NCBI RefSeq assembly: GCF_032444005.1
Contig: NC_091285.1
Span: 33,232,001-33,296,000, forward strand
Direction: 5' to 3'
DNA: 64,000 nucleotides
Origin: Ranitomeya imitator
Taxonomy: Eukaryota
Below the pieces are notes generated by a model, which had not been told where the DNA came from, did not search any database, and saw only the letters and a list, made by a program, of their open reading frames with translations. The position numbers were made by a program, and so were the translations under genes. Positions 47,959 through 60,288 of the stretch are shown piece by piece (the first letter of the stretch is position 1; each line of letters begins with the position of its first letter).

Positions 47959-48536
47959 GTGAGCTATCAGATTGCCTTGCGATTGCATTTAGGCATTTTT
48001 ATGTAGCTTTCCATAGATTTGTGACCCATTTCGATCAGCGAGGAACCCCTCCTCCTTCTATATTGGTCATTGCAGAGATTAACGAGCCCTCTTTTTTAAT
48101 ATGAATTTTTACATCTGAGGACTGGAATGCTTACATGGGTGAATTATCGGGCCGAGTGTTTTTATGAACTCTTCTTTGACGATTATCAAATTGTCCATCA
48201 GTTTACATTCAGCTTTCGGCAGGAAATGGTTCATGTTGTCACTACATCTTATTTCCCGCAAATGGCAGGAGGTATAAGATTGCTTTAAAGGGAACCTGTC
48301 GCGTGGATCTGTGGACAGCATGGTATAGATAGGGAGAAGCTGAGCAGAATGATATATAGGATTGGTGGAAAAGATTTAATATCACTCTTGTGGTGGTTCT
48401 ATGCTTAGGAGTCCAGTGGGCGGTCCTACTAGTGATTGCCGTCTATCTGCACGCACAGTCATACAGGGAAGACGGTCAATCACTGAAGAGCATCGCCCAC
48501 TGGACTCATATTCATGGCTCCTTCTATTTCCCGCAG

Positions 48537-48644
48537 GGAACCCTCTCCGGAGAGAAGAACGAAATATTGTATTCAGAGTTCAACATCAACTACAACAACG
48601 AGCCGGCAATGTACAGGAAAGGCTCAGTTATTGTACGGAACAAG
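48537..48644 (+). CDS. THG1L: THG1L exon 5
   Basis: [36 protein letters not shown]; 108 nt; donor AAG|GTAAGA. Confidence 0.95.
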
Positions 48645-49062
48645 GTAAGAAGGGGATGTGGGAGAGGGAACGTCGCTGTACGGAGAGATGATAAACGATC
48701 TGCTGCAGCGCCGTTCTCGCATTCATAAAATACTGGAATTGTCAGATCTCATTAAAGTCCCATATAAGCTGAGCCTTTAACTATGTAGATGGAGGGTGGG
48801 GAAAAAAATCCTGTAAAAGGACTTTTTTATAAAAAAAAAAATTTGAGCGCAGTTCCGGAGGCGTAGCTACGCTTAGGGTACACTCTTATTAATGGCGGGT
48901 CTGGAGTATGTCCGAAATGGGCAGCACATTTCTAACATCAAACCTGGTTTACATGGATCAAAAAGCTGTGAAAACCCTATAGAGCAATAACGATGGCCGA
49001 GTCAGTTGTCACCGACCTTATTCGTAGTTCTCCACTTCTATTTTTGTCCTTAATATTTTTAG

Positions 49063-49224
49063 GTTAATGAAATCAGCAAGAAAATAATAAAGCTGCCAGA
49101 CCGGGCTGAGCAGGAGGAAGTGGAGGTTTGTCGGGTGCGGAGCCAGACTGTCGTCCTGCACTGTGACCTCATCAGCGACGCGTTCTGGGTCGATCATCCG
49201 GAGGTTCTGTCTTGTGAAAGTTGA
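49063..49224 (+). CDS. THG1L: THG1L exon 6 (last)
   Basis: Acceptor ATTTTTAG; VNEISKKIIKLP...LHCDLISDAFWVDHPEVLSCES*; exons sum to 879 nt (292 aa). Confidence 0.92.
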   Translation, partial: VNEISKKIIKLPDRAEQEEVEVCRVRSQTVVLHCDLISDAFWVDHPEVLSCES

Positions 49225-49354
49225 TGATTTTATTGTCTTGAAACGTTCCCTGCACGGACCAAAGATTTGTTCTTATGATGGAAGTTTTATTCTGTTATTT
49301 ATTCAATGAGGTTAGACGATTGTATTTTGAGATCTTTCAGCTTCAAAGTGTTAA

Positions 49355-49360
49355 AATAAA
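49355..49360 (+). terminator. Probable THG1L polyadenylation signal AATAAA
   Basis: First AATAAA about 130 nt after the stop. Confidence 0.55.
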
Positions 49361-49562
49361 ACATTTTATAGGAGTTTATTCTGCATTTATTGCTGATGGA
49401 CTCGTTGACATCACGTCCATAGCTTAATGACTCCACAAGAAGAGACAGACATCAATCTTCCTCGGAATGGAAGAAAAATGTAACCTTTCTTCCCTCCCCT
49501 CCCAAAAAAAGGCACCACATCTGTCTGCTGGTCATGTGCGGTATTACAGCCACTTCTGTAAG

Positions 49563-51013
49563 GCTAAATGTGGTGCCAATATTCAAAAAGGGCTCTAAAA
49601 GTGAACCTGGAAATTATAGGCCAGTAAGTCTAACCTCTATTGTTGGTAAAATATTTGAAGGGTTTCTGAGGGATGTTATTCTGGATTATCTCAATGAGAA
49701 GAACTGTTTAACTCCATATCAGCATGGGTTTATGAGAAATCGCTCCTGTCAAACCAATCTAATCAGTTTTTATGAAGAGGTAAGCTATAGGCTGGACCAC
49801 GGTGAGTCATTGGACGTGGTATATCTCGATTTTTCCAAAGCGTTTGATACCGTGCCGCACAAGAGGTTGGTACACAAAATGAGAATGCTTGGTCTGGGGG
49901 AAAATGTGTGTAAATGGGTTAGTAACTGGCTTAGTGATAGAAAGCAGAGGGTGGTTATAAATGGTATAGTCTCTAACTGGGTCGCTGTGACCAGTGGGGT
50001 ACCGCAGGGGTCAGTATTGGGACCTGTTCTCTTCAACATATTCATTAATGATCTGGTAGAAGGTTTACACAGTAAAATATCGATATTTGCAGATGATACA
50101 AAACTATGTAAAGCAGTTAATACAAGAGAAGATAGTATTCTGCTACAGATGGATCTGGATAAGTTGGAAACTTGGGCTGAAAGGTGGCAGATGAGGTTTA
50201 ACAATGATAAATGTAAGGTTATACACATGGGAAGAAGGAATCAATGTCACCATTACACACGGAATGGGAAACCACTGGGTAAATCTGACAGGGAGAAGGA
50301 CTTGGGGATCCTAGTTAATGATAAACTTACCTGGAGCAGCCAGTGCCAGGCAGCAGCTGCCAAGGCAAACAGGATCATGGGGTGCATTAAAAGAGGTCTG
50401 GATACACATGATGAGAGCATTATACTGCCTCTGTACAAATCCCTAGTTAGACCGCACATGGAGTACTGTGTCCAGTTTTGGGCACCGGTGCTCAGGAAGG
50501 ATATAATGGAATTAGAGAGAGTACAAAGGAGGGCAACAAAATTAATAAAGGGGATGGGAGAACTACAATACCCAGATTAGCGAAATTAGGATTATTTAGT
50601 CTAGAAAAAAGACGACTGAGGGGCGATCTAATAACCATGTATAAGTATATAAGGGGACAATACAAATATCTCGCTGAGGATCTGTTTATACCAAGGAAGG
50701 TGACGGGCACAAGGGGGCATTCTTTGCGTCTGGAGGAGAGAAGGTTTTTCCACCAACATAGAAGAGGATTCTTTACTGTTAGGGCAGTGAGAATCTGGAA
50801 TTGCTTGCCTGAGGAGGTGGTGATGGCGAACTCAGTCGAGGGGTTCAAGAGAGGCCTGGATGTCTTCGTGGAGCAGAACAATATTGTATCATACAATTAG
50901 GTTCTGTAGAAGGACGTAGATCTGGGGATTTATTATGATGGAATATAGGCTGAACTGGATGGACAAATGTCTTTTTTCGGCCTTACTAACTATGTTACTA
51001 TGTGTTACTATGT
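49563..51013 (+). mobile_element. 5'-truncated CR1-type LINE with frameshift near 50575
   Basis: VVPIFKKG...NYRPVSLTS, YLDFSKAFD, GVPQGSVLGP, FADDTK; frame breaks at YPD and resumes (LAKLGLFSLEKRRLRGD); 3' tail (TTACTATG)n at ~50985-51013. Confidence 0.93.
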
Positions 51014-54000
51014 AAATGTTCACACATTGCAGAATTCCACAACTCCTGCCACGGGTATATCGCATGTGGAATTGGCATGCGTTTTACAAGCGTTTTTAGC
51101 TTGCATAATGCTAGCGTTTTCCAAGCGATCTGTAGCATCGCTTGGAAAACTGACAGGTCGGTCACACTTGTCAAACAGTGTTTGACAAGTGTAACCAACT
51201 TTTTACTATTGATGGTGCCTATGCAGCATCAATAGTGAAAAGATAGAACGTTAATAATAAATCGTAATATTCTCACCTTCCGGCGTCCCCCGCAGTCTTC
51301 CTGCTCCTCGCGATGCTCCAGTCCCAGTAATGCTTTGCAGCATGACCCCAGATGACATAGCAGTCTCGGGAGACAGCTACGTCATCACAGGTCATTCTCG
51401 CAATGCATTATTGGGAACGGGAACATCGCGAGGAGGGGGAAGACTGCAGGGGACGCCAGAAGGTGAGAATATAATTTATTTAAAAATCTTTTTAACAATT
51501 ATATGGTACCCAAGGCCTGGAGGAGAGTCTCCTCTCCTCCACCCTGGGTACCAACCGCACATGAGCCACTTACTTCCCGCATGGTGGGCATAGCCACATG
51601 CAGAAAGTAAGTGGATCAATGCATCCTATGTGTGCGGAATCCCCGCGATTCTGCACAAGGAATGAACATGCTATGTTTTTTTCTGGAATGCGATTCCGCC
51701 GCAGAAAAAAAAAAACGCAACGTGCGCAAAAACTGTGGATTGCATTCTAATAGGATGCTTAATATGTGTTTTTTTAGCGAAAAATCCTAAACGTGTACAC
51801 AGCCTAAAATGTGTGACGTGGGATTATAACAGGAATCCGTTTAAGAAACACTGCCATCCTGTGTTTGTCTCTAAAGTGAGTCGTAGCTGCAATACCAAAC
51901 AGGTAAACCTGCAGTACCAAACAGACTATAGACAACAGTGGCGCTGTTTAGAGAAAAAAATTCACACCATATCTTCCTACCTGACATAACCTATGACTTT
52001 GGTGGTGGCAAAGATGGTAAAATGTGTTATGTATATAAATTTCCAGTATGTGGGGGGGGACCATAAAGTATATAAAAAAAAACATTTGCCACAGAGTTTA
52101 TGTACAAAACACTACTACCATAACCCATGATAAACACCATTATTTAAAAAAAAAAAAAAAATGTTAATACCTAGAACCCATTTGTGCAATTGTGAAGCTG
52201 GTCCCTTTTTGTGCAGTAACAGTGCCCCTTGGTCTGTTTAGCTGGTCTGGGACCGCAGCTCCTCCCGAAGAACAAATGGTTATCCTGCATTTGAGGCACT
52301 GAGGAGCAGCAATCTGACGTAGGGGGCATTCAGACATCAGAGCAAATTGGTCGGAGAGCAATGCACTGACTGGCCGCAGGTCTCCCAATCCGAGCATGAT
52401 GGCTTCAGAGAAATACATGAAGCCATCACGGCCAGTCTGTACCTTGTGGTCTCATCTTGGACAGATGGGCACTGATGTCTGAATGCGCCTTTAAGGCAAC
52501 TCTTTCCTGCACATGTAACTCTGCTGTGGTCAGAATTTATCAAAGAGGCAGAGAAAAAAAAAAAAAAGCTTCCCATTGTCCTAATAGGCTACCTGACTCT
52601 CTACCTATTCTGGAGCAATGGCTAGTGCAACACAGACTATTGAAGGCAAAAGTTTTAATGAAACCTTGTGGCAATTTTTATCCCAAAAAAAGCATTAGTG
52701 TAAATCAAAGTAAAAAAAAAAAAGTGACATGGCCCAAATTAGGGTCACATTTTAAACAGGTGAAAAAAGACTAAAAAGAGTGATAAATGTGGCAAGATGA
52801 GCACAGTGCCAAATCAGAGGCATTTTAGGACGCTCTAGTCTACAGCGTTTAAACGTTAGATTACTTTGGTAAATCGGCCCACATGGGCGCAGACCGGTGG
52901 CACAAGACCACTTTTTGATGCTAGTATACCGTACGCACCACCCGGACCCTCTGCAGTTGTACTGTGGTCCAACTATTGCTCCATAGACCTGATGGAGGAA
53001 CCCAGTCATGCAAGAACCAGCCATGGGATTATTGTGGACTACTGCTAGTACAACTACAACTCCCAGTCGAATCATCTTCCCCTGCCCACCACTTTACTAG
53101 GACTCCGTAGAAGCTCCGAGATGGACGGTGACCATCAAAGTCCATGGAGATTTTTGGTACTTCCATGGTCTCCCATTTCATGCAAAGATTGTCCGAACAC
53201 CGTGCAAAGTTACAGGAGACAAGTCTGATTTTAATCAGAGTGTCGTGCCGGAATCGGCAATGCAAATATATAGGTCCGCAAAAAAATTAAATGGGAAGGC
53301 ACAGTTGTCTCTTGTTTTCTCCTTTCCTCGTACATGGTGGGGAGAACAAAAAAACCTGACATCCGAATAAGACCCAACTCCTAACTGTATAGAAAAGCTT
53401 AAAAAATATATATATATTGTGCCATCCTTTAATATTGTATTTCATAAAAAAAAATTGATTTTTTTTCACATTAAACTCCGAGAATCAACACCGTGTACAC
53501 AAACCAAAGGTAAAAATTAATCTACCACCACGTATGATCGCACAGTAAACTTTATAACTTAAATTAAAATTTTCAGATAAAAAGACACATTGGGTGTAAT
53601 GGGGAAAAAAAACAAAACAAAAAAAACACTAAGATTAAAAGTTTGTACAATACTTAACTCTTCAATAAATGCAGGCAAAAAAAAAAAAATTCGGTAGAGA
53701 TCCGGCCTCTGTTGCTGCATTCTTGTCTGTAGGCAGAAGAGGTCATGTTGCACAAAAATATCAATAGGATTATTACTTGGTAAATGCTACAAAAATGGAA
53801 GTTTTTGACAAAGTCATTGTGACAGGTAACAGAACCATTCAGGATTTTCCCTCTGGAAGGGAAAACTTTTCCATGCCTATGGCGCTTGGGAACGGACCAG
53901 AGACGTAACCAAAGATCCACATCTTATGAGGTTGCCTAAAAAGGAAGGTTCTTAGAGGCAGAAGGCATCATACGTTGGATGAAGAGTCAAGCCAATGAAG

Positions 54001-54054
54001 TTTTACCACAGCACCAAGTCAACTAGTCCAAAAATTATCCATCCCAAGTCTACC

Positions 54055-54668
54055 TTAGGTGTAGATAACGAACACTTTGGGAATGTTCCCAGTGTGTTCC
54101 GTCTCCATGTGGTCTACGAGGGTAATCTTGTCTTCCTTCTTGGCAGGCCGTTCGGTAGACACAGAAGCTACGCGATGTAGTTGTTGACTTAGACTTTTAA
54201 GACTTATATCCAGGTTATTAAAGGCGTGGAGCATGAAGACACCAAGGATGATGACGAGGAATCCGCAAACTGCACCTACGCCATCCAGTGGAGACATAGA
54301 CACCCATTCCTTAAAGAGGATGAGGGACGTAGTGATCACCACGGTGGTGAATAAGACGTAGTAGATGGGAAAGACCAAGGAGGTGTTGAACACGTCCAGG
54401 GATTTGTTGAGGTAGTTCACTTGTGTGACCACCGAGATGATCAGGATGGGGATGAGGACCCATGGAAGAGGATGTTGGACAACTGGTAGACCGGCGAGAA
54501 GACCCTTCACAGCGATGCCCAGGCCCTTCACAGAAGACACGGAGAAGGCGCCAAGGAGAGAACATATTGCCAGGTAAACAAGGATGTTTTGGTGGCCATA
54601 ACGGGGCGAGAGAATGAAAATCAGGACCAGTGAGAAGATGAGCAGCACGCTGATGTAGACAATGAAGC
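54055..54668 (-). CDS. NIPAL4: NIPAL4 exon 6 (last), NIPA-family Mg2+ transporter
   Basis: Acceptor TTAACAAACAG phase 1; NILVYLAICSLLGAFSVSSVKGLG, QVNYLNKSLDVFNTSLVFPIYYV; C-terminal PKVFVIYT* resembles NIPAL4 PKVFIIHS. Confidence 0.92.
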
Positions 54669-55149
54669 CTGTTTGTTAAAAAAGAAACAAAAATGACCAT
54701 TGTGTAGTCAAACCTATCCCCCAAGGAAAAAAGTTTTGCACTTTGATTTTGTACATTTGCCACACATTTCACCCAATCCTTTACAAAGCATAAAAATCCA
54801 CAGTCACATCTACACTTTACGCTATAGTCACACTTACAGTTTTGTAAAGATAACTTTTCAGCAGTCTTATCATTACAGACAGAAGACACTTCTATATAGA
54901 GTACATAACAGAATTCACAGTTCACCTCCTATGTGATGGCCTGTGACCTGATTTGTATAGAGGCCTTCTGAATTTCCAAAGACAGGGTCTAAGTCAGTTT
55001 ATTGCTGCCAGTATCCTTGTGCCCAACAGGATGTAGATATATAAAATGAGGCCTAGTGATCAGTGTAAAAATTAAAAAAAAAAAAAAAAATTCTCAAGTT
55101 TTCCTTTCCCTGGGTCTGCCATACATCGCCTCATACTTCACAACAGGTA

Positions 55150-56280
55150 TAAGGGGGTTGGAATGGGAGGGAAGTAATTTGGAAGAGAGGTTTTTCCCCA
55201 AACATCTTGGAGAAGTAACCACAGATCTTCTGTCTCTACATATAATCCCAGACAGACTGGATGATGTTGAGATCTGGGCTCTGTGGTTCTCATAAATTAC
55301 TTTCAGGACTCTTAGGCTCTTTCTGATATTGACTGTATGTTTGGGGTCATTGTCCTGCTGAAGAATACATTTGGAGATGATCAGATGCCTCCTGATGGTA
55401 TTACATGATGGATAAGCTTCTAGCTGCATTTCTCTGCCATGAGGACACCATTAGTCCTGACCAAATTCTCAACTCCTCTGCTGAAATGCAGCTCCAAACT
55501 TGTAGAAACTTCCACCATGCTTCACGGTTCCTTCAGACATTCATGATTGTACCGCTCTCCGGCCCTTTAGTGAACAAATTCTTCTGTTACAGCCAAATAT
55601 TTCACATTTTGACTCCTCAGTCCAGAGCACCTGCTGCCAGTTTCCTGCATCCTAGTTCCTATATTTTTGTGGATAGCGGAGTCATGTGCCTCGTTTCTAT
55701 ATAACAGATATGTTTTTTTTGGCCACAACTCTTCCAACTTGGGGCCATACTTCTTCCAGAAGAAGACGACTTTAGCTGGGTCCCATTCTAAACTGATGGC
55801 ACTGCTGGACATCTTCCGAAGAGAAGTAATCATCATGTGCCTTTCATCTGCTGCACTAAGTTTCCTTGGCTGCTCACTGCATCTACAGTCTTCAAAGTTG
55901 CCATTTCTTGGTGTAATCAATGCTGAGAAATACAGGTTATCCCTCATGCAATACCATCAGGAAGGCGCCCGACTCCAAATTTATTCTGCAGCAGGACAAC
56001 GACCCCAAACATACAGCCAATGACATTAAGAACCATCTTCAGAAGAACAAGGAGTCCTGGAAGTGATGATAATGACCTCCACAGAGCCCCGATCTCAACA
56101 TCAACCATCTGTCTGGGGATTACATGAAGAGACAGAAGGATTTACACAAGCGACATCCACAGAAGATCTGAGGTTAGTTCTCCAAGATGTTTAGAGCAAC
56201 CTCAATGCCCAGCTCCTTCAAAAATGGTATACAAGTACCTAGAGTGGTTGTCACACTAAATATCAATTTGATTTAGATTT
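55150..56280. mobile_element. Degraded Tc1-like fossil with inverted duplication of the transposase 3' region
   Basis: ILQQDNDPKHT-encoding segments on - (~55330-55370) and + (~55980-56020); N-terminal remnants (PRKLSAADERH) on - between them; many stops. Confidence 0.7.
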
Positions 56281-56425
56281 ATTCTCTAAAAGAATATTTT
56301 TTCCCCCCCACACTTTAATAAACCACACTATATTTCTAGAATGGTTTTCCTGACTTTATTGAGATGTGTGAAGGCCCAGTTTGGTTTCTGTACGATATAC
56401 AGACACATGCACTTGTTCCCCATAC

Positions 56426-56586
56426 CTGGGTCTTTAAGCTTTGAAGTCATCTCTTCTAATGTGGTCACTTCTTGTTCTTCTGGGGAGTGTATTACCAGAA
56501 TAGTGCTTCCCAAAACACTGAGCGCACACCCCAACTTCCCTAAAAGGTTCAGCCTCTCACCCAACAGATAGGAGGACATCACAGCG
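56426..56586 (-). CDS. NIPAL4: NIPAL4 exon 5
   Basis: (S)[53 protein letters not shown]; 161 nt, phase 2/1. Confidence 0.95.
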
Positions 56587-56841
56587 CTACAAAAGGAAAA
56601 AATGATTAGACTTCTTCCTATTATAATAATGCTTATTTCTCATTCATGCCAAAACTTTGACTCAAGTTCAGGGAGAGAGCGTTGATTAGGAGTTATAAGA
56701 TAGATAGATCTTCCATAGCAATAGTATTGGTCACTTTTTTTTTTTTTATTTAAATGCATGTATTTAGTGCTTCCCCCCCCCCCTCTACTTTCAAATTGAC
56801 GATCTGTTTTTGTATGTAGTCACAGATTAAATTACATTTAC

Positions 56842-56932
56842 CTTATCAGGACACTGAGAGCACCAAGTGGTGTGACAATGGTGGCCGGAGCAAAAGCATA
56901 CGCGGCAAAGTTGGCAGCTTCTCCACCTCCCA
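56842..56932 (-). CDS. NIPAL4: NIPAL4 exon 4
   Basis: (M)[29 protein letters not shown]; 91 nt, phase 1/2. Confidence 0.95.
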
Positions 56933-57581
56933 CTGTAATAACAAATCAAGGCATATAATCTGACTATCACATATTGGACATCCATCCGCCTGCAGTACCG
57001 CTGATACCCACCAGGTGTAAGCAGATCAAGACAGCGCGGGTATAGACACCCATTAAAAATGGGGTCACAACGTCTGAAATCATGTGAAATGTAATAAAAA
57101 AAAAAGTTTATGTTCTTGGAATGTTATTAGCTTCAAGTAACCATCAAGTGTCAGTCTGCAATCTTTATTCATCATTTTCAGACCCACTGATACGCATTTT
57201 GAAGCCCGGGCCAAGTTTCAGATTTTTCTAGTGGGAGTGTCTCTCCCAGTAATATAGGCTGGACGTGAGGTCTATCCAGGGTGATGCCATCTTCATTAGC
57301 AACACAGCTTCTATCCTGCACCCATTTCTTCCTGCTTTCCTCAGGCTATTTTCTTTGCCCTCCCTGAGACACTAGATGCTTTATTCCCTCGCCACACTAG
57401 AAATCCATGTACAACTCCTCCCTGCTGCTATCTCCAACGCAGAGACAAGGGAGCAGAGAGCCATCAGAACCTGGAGTTCTGATGGATTTGGAACACACAC
57501 AACCAAAAACTAATAGTAACATAAATATACATATTTATTTTACTATAAGTTTTGGGTCGTGTGTCTTTTTTCTCTCTCTTA

Positions 57582-57590
<9 letters not shown>

Positions 57591-57663
<73 letters not shown>
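57591..57663. repeat. (TA)n microsatellite, about 36 units
   Basis: Pure TA run in NIPAL4 intron 3. Confidence 0.97.
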
Positions 57664-57672
<9 letters not shown>

Positions 57673-57926
57673 TCTCATATACACACCCATTTTTTGGAAT
57701 TAGTAATAATTGCAAAAATATGTTTAGAAGCAGAAATTAAAAAAAAAAAAACAAGAAACTAACATTTCCTAAAGCAGTTTCTGGTTGATAAAACAAAGAC
57801 CAGTTTAATACCTCCCAAAAAACAAAAACTCAATGTTAACAAAGCCTTACACATTGCTACCCCCTTTTATTAACTCTGAAATCCCCAATAGGGTATTCAA
57901 AAGTGGGTTTTCTCCTTTAAACTTAC

Positions 57927-57983
57927 TTGTGAGAAGTCCAGCCCACCACAACCAGTCTTTCAAGTATCCGTGTCCACCAGCAC
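57927..57983 (-). CDS. NIPAL4: NIPAL4 exon 3
   Basis: (G)AGGHGYLKDWLWWAGLLT; 57 nt, phase 1/1; TTTGTCTAG acceptor, GTAAGT donor. Confidence 0.95.
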
Positions 57984-58228
57984 CTAGACAAAAATAATAA
58001 ATAAGGATTGTGCCTTTTCAATGGAATTTGACAGATGACATCCACCCATAGACGTGAGTGGGGTAGTGGTGTCACTTGTGAGCTACCTCTCCGATTTTAC
58101 AAGGGACCCCCACAGACTTCGAGAACTAGTGGTCAGCCCCCCACTAATCCTATCCTGTGGATGGTCACATTTCCCTCTCGCCTATCCAACCCAAAGTCCA
58201 TCTAGACCGGAGCGCCCCAGGTCCATAC

Positions 58229-58477
58229 CTGCACGCGTCTGTCCTTGCTCTGACAGATGAAGAAGACCTTTCTTTTTCAGGATAACACTGCTCCCAATGA
58301 GGATGCTGGAGAAGACCGCCAGGGCCAAGCCGATGAGAAAGTCATGGTTGGACTGCACCGAAGAGGACCAACCTGCATCCAGGGTCAGGTTCTGATAAAC
58401 GGAGACTGACAAGTCAACTTCCCCTAAAATCTGACAGGTGACCCGGCGTGAAGGGCAGGTTAGGATGACCAGCGTCC
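58229..58477 (-). CDS. NIPAL4: NIPAL4 exon 2
   Basis: Acceptor CTCTCTCTATAG; (G)TLVILTCPSRRVTCQIL matches human GSLLHLYCSSQEVLCQIV; IGLALAVFSSILIGSSVILKKKGLL; 249 nt phase 1/1. Confidence 0.9.
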
Positions 58478-60254
58478 CTATAGAGAGAGCACATTAATAA
58501 AGCAGAGGGTCATAAAACATGAAACAGACAGGTCATCATCCCCTTCCCTAAAGGAATGAAAATGTCCAGAAAAATAAGTGCCCCCTACAATCACTACTCT
58601 ATCGCATAGATCATAATTTCCGAGAAAGAATTTATATATGTTGGGTGAATGAAACTAGAAGAAGAAGAGTAGTTTACCTGGTGTAAAAACTGGTAATAAA
58701 ATAGGAGATAGATAGATTAAATGCCGCTGTTCTCCTGAATCCGGCGCCGTTTTTCTTTTGTTTCTGCGCCTCTCCGTTCCAGAGATATGGCCCCTTTTTC
58801 CTGTGTAACAATCAAGTCTTGTTTTAGCCAACCAGGAGTCGTCCTTAAGGACACACCCACAGTAGAGTTGAGGACCACACCCACTTGTCTAACAAGACTA
58901 AATTTTTATACAGAAAAGAAGGGGCCATATCTCAGGAACGGAGAGGCGCAGGAACGAAAGAAAAGCAACGCCGGATTCAGGAGAACAGCGGGATTTACAC
59001 CAGGGGAAAAAAAAGCAAAAAACACAACCATACATTTATGGCAAGTGACTGGTCCTTTGTAAATAAGACAGCCATTCCCGCAGCTTTGCATGTTCATAGT
59101 GGTTGACTGTTCCTCCAGGTTAATGGAGTCATTTAGGATCAGTGACCTTGGGATTAGCAAAGATGAAGAACAATAAAGCCATAAAAAAGAGCAAACACCG
59201 ACCATTTCCACCATTGTAGGGGGTATAATCCCCTATTGAGGTGGAGATTTGTAACAGGCAATGGATTCCAGTATGCAACACAAGGGACGGTGTCCGATTC
59301 CTACCCATGTGTATGGGGCACACAAATGTATGATCACATGGATGGGGGTTTTTTTACCTTGATTTTTCTGGTCAAATAAGTTTTTCATAACGTGATTAAT
59401 CGGGGTTCAATGATATAATTAAACAGCTCAAAGTGTATTTGAAGTAGATCTTGCAGCCAAAGTCGCTCCAGAACCTCATGTCAATTTTTTTTTTCCCCTG
59501 ATCCTCAAGCCAAGAAAAAAAAAATAAAATATAAGTGTCTATAACCCTGGGTAAGACTTCCAGAAAAAAAAAATATGGGAAAAAAAAAATAGTTTTTGTA
59601 TTTATTGTGTTTTGCCATGGTTGTATTTTTTTTTCCTGGGACACCCAAACAAAAAGTCTTATAAAATAATTCCTAAAATATCTTATGGGCCTTCAGAAGA
59701 AGAACTTGCCTATACCTAACGATATGTTTTTGTGGGGACCAGAAGAAAGAAAAAAAAAAAATGTAAACCATTTTACTTAATGGGTACAAAAAAATCTGCA
59801 TAATCCAAAGATCATTGTGGGAACTTAGCAGAATTCTATGGGGAAGGGCAGGGTTCACCATGAGGAGGAGGGGTATTTATTTTTTTAAACATTTGAATTG
59901 TGTTTTACTTTATTTTCGAGTTTTTGAGCCTTTTTTTGTGCGTACCTGATGTGCCATAGATATGTTGCAAAACTAGTTAAAAAGAAAAAAAGAAAAAAAA
60001 AAGTATAATTTTTTTAAGAACCAAAATGACAGCAAAATTACCCCAAATATCCCCTATTTAACACTTCTACACTACTACTTAAGTACAGCAGTGCCCTTGC
60101 GCAAAGCATTTTTTCAAACAGTCGCAAGAAATAAAACTCTTCCTCCCTTAAAAAAAAAAAATAATAAAAATATAGGATATATATAATAAGTAGCACGGAG
60201 TTTGCGCTAATCACACACATGATATCGATCGGATCGGCTGCACTTTGCACTCAC

Positions 60255-60288
60255 CGTTGGCGCAGTTGTGGCCGGCTGGCGCCGTCAT
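60255..60288 (-). CDS. NIPAL4: NIPAL4 exon 1 (coding part) MTAPAGHNCAN(G)
   Basis: ATG 60288, donor AACG|GTGAGT; parallels human MELRVSNTSCEN|G; six exons sum to 1206 nt = 401 aa + stop. Confidence 0.8.

Noticed and set aside
54311-54925. 204-aa alternate-frame ORF over NIPAL4 exon 6
   Set aside because: Extends into intron, no motifs; shadow of the real frame.
58412-58424. Shorter NIPAL4 exon 2 using the acceptor at 58424
   Set aside because: The upstream acceptor (58478) adds residues matching human NIPAL4, so the longer exon is preferred; the inner site could be a minor alternative.
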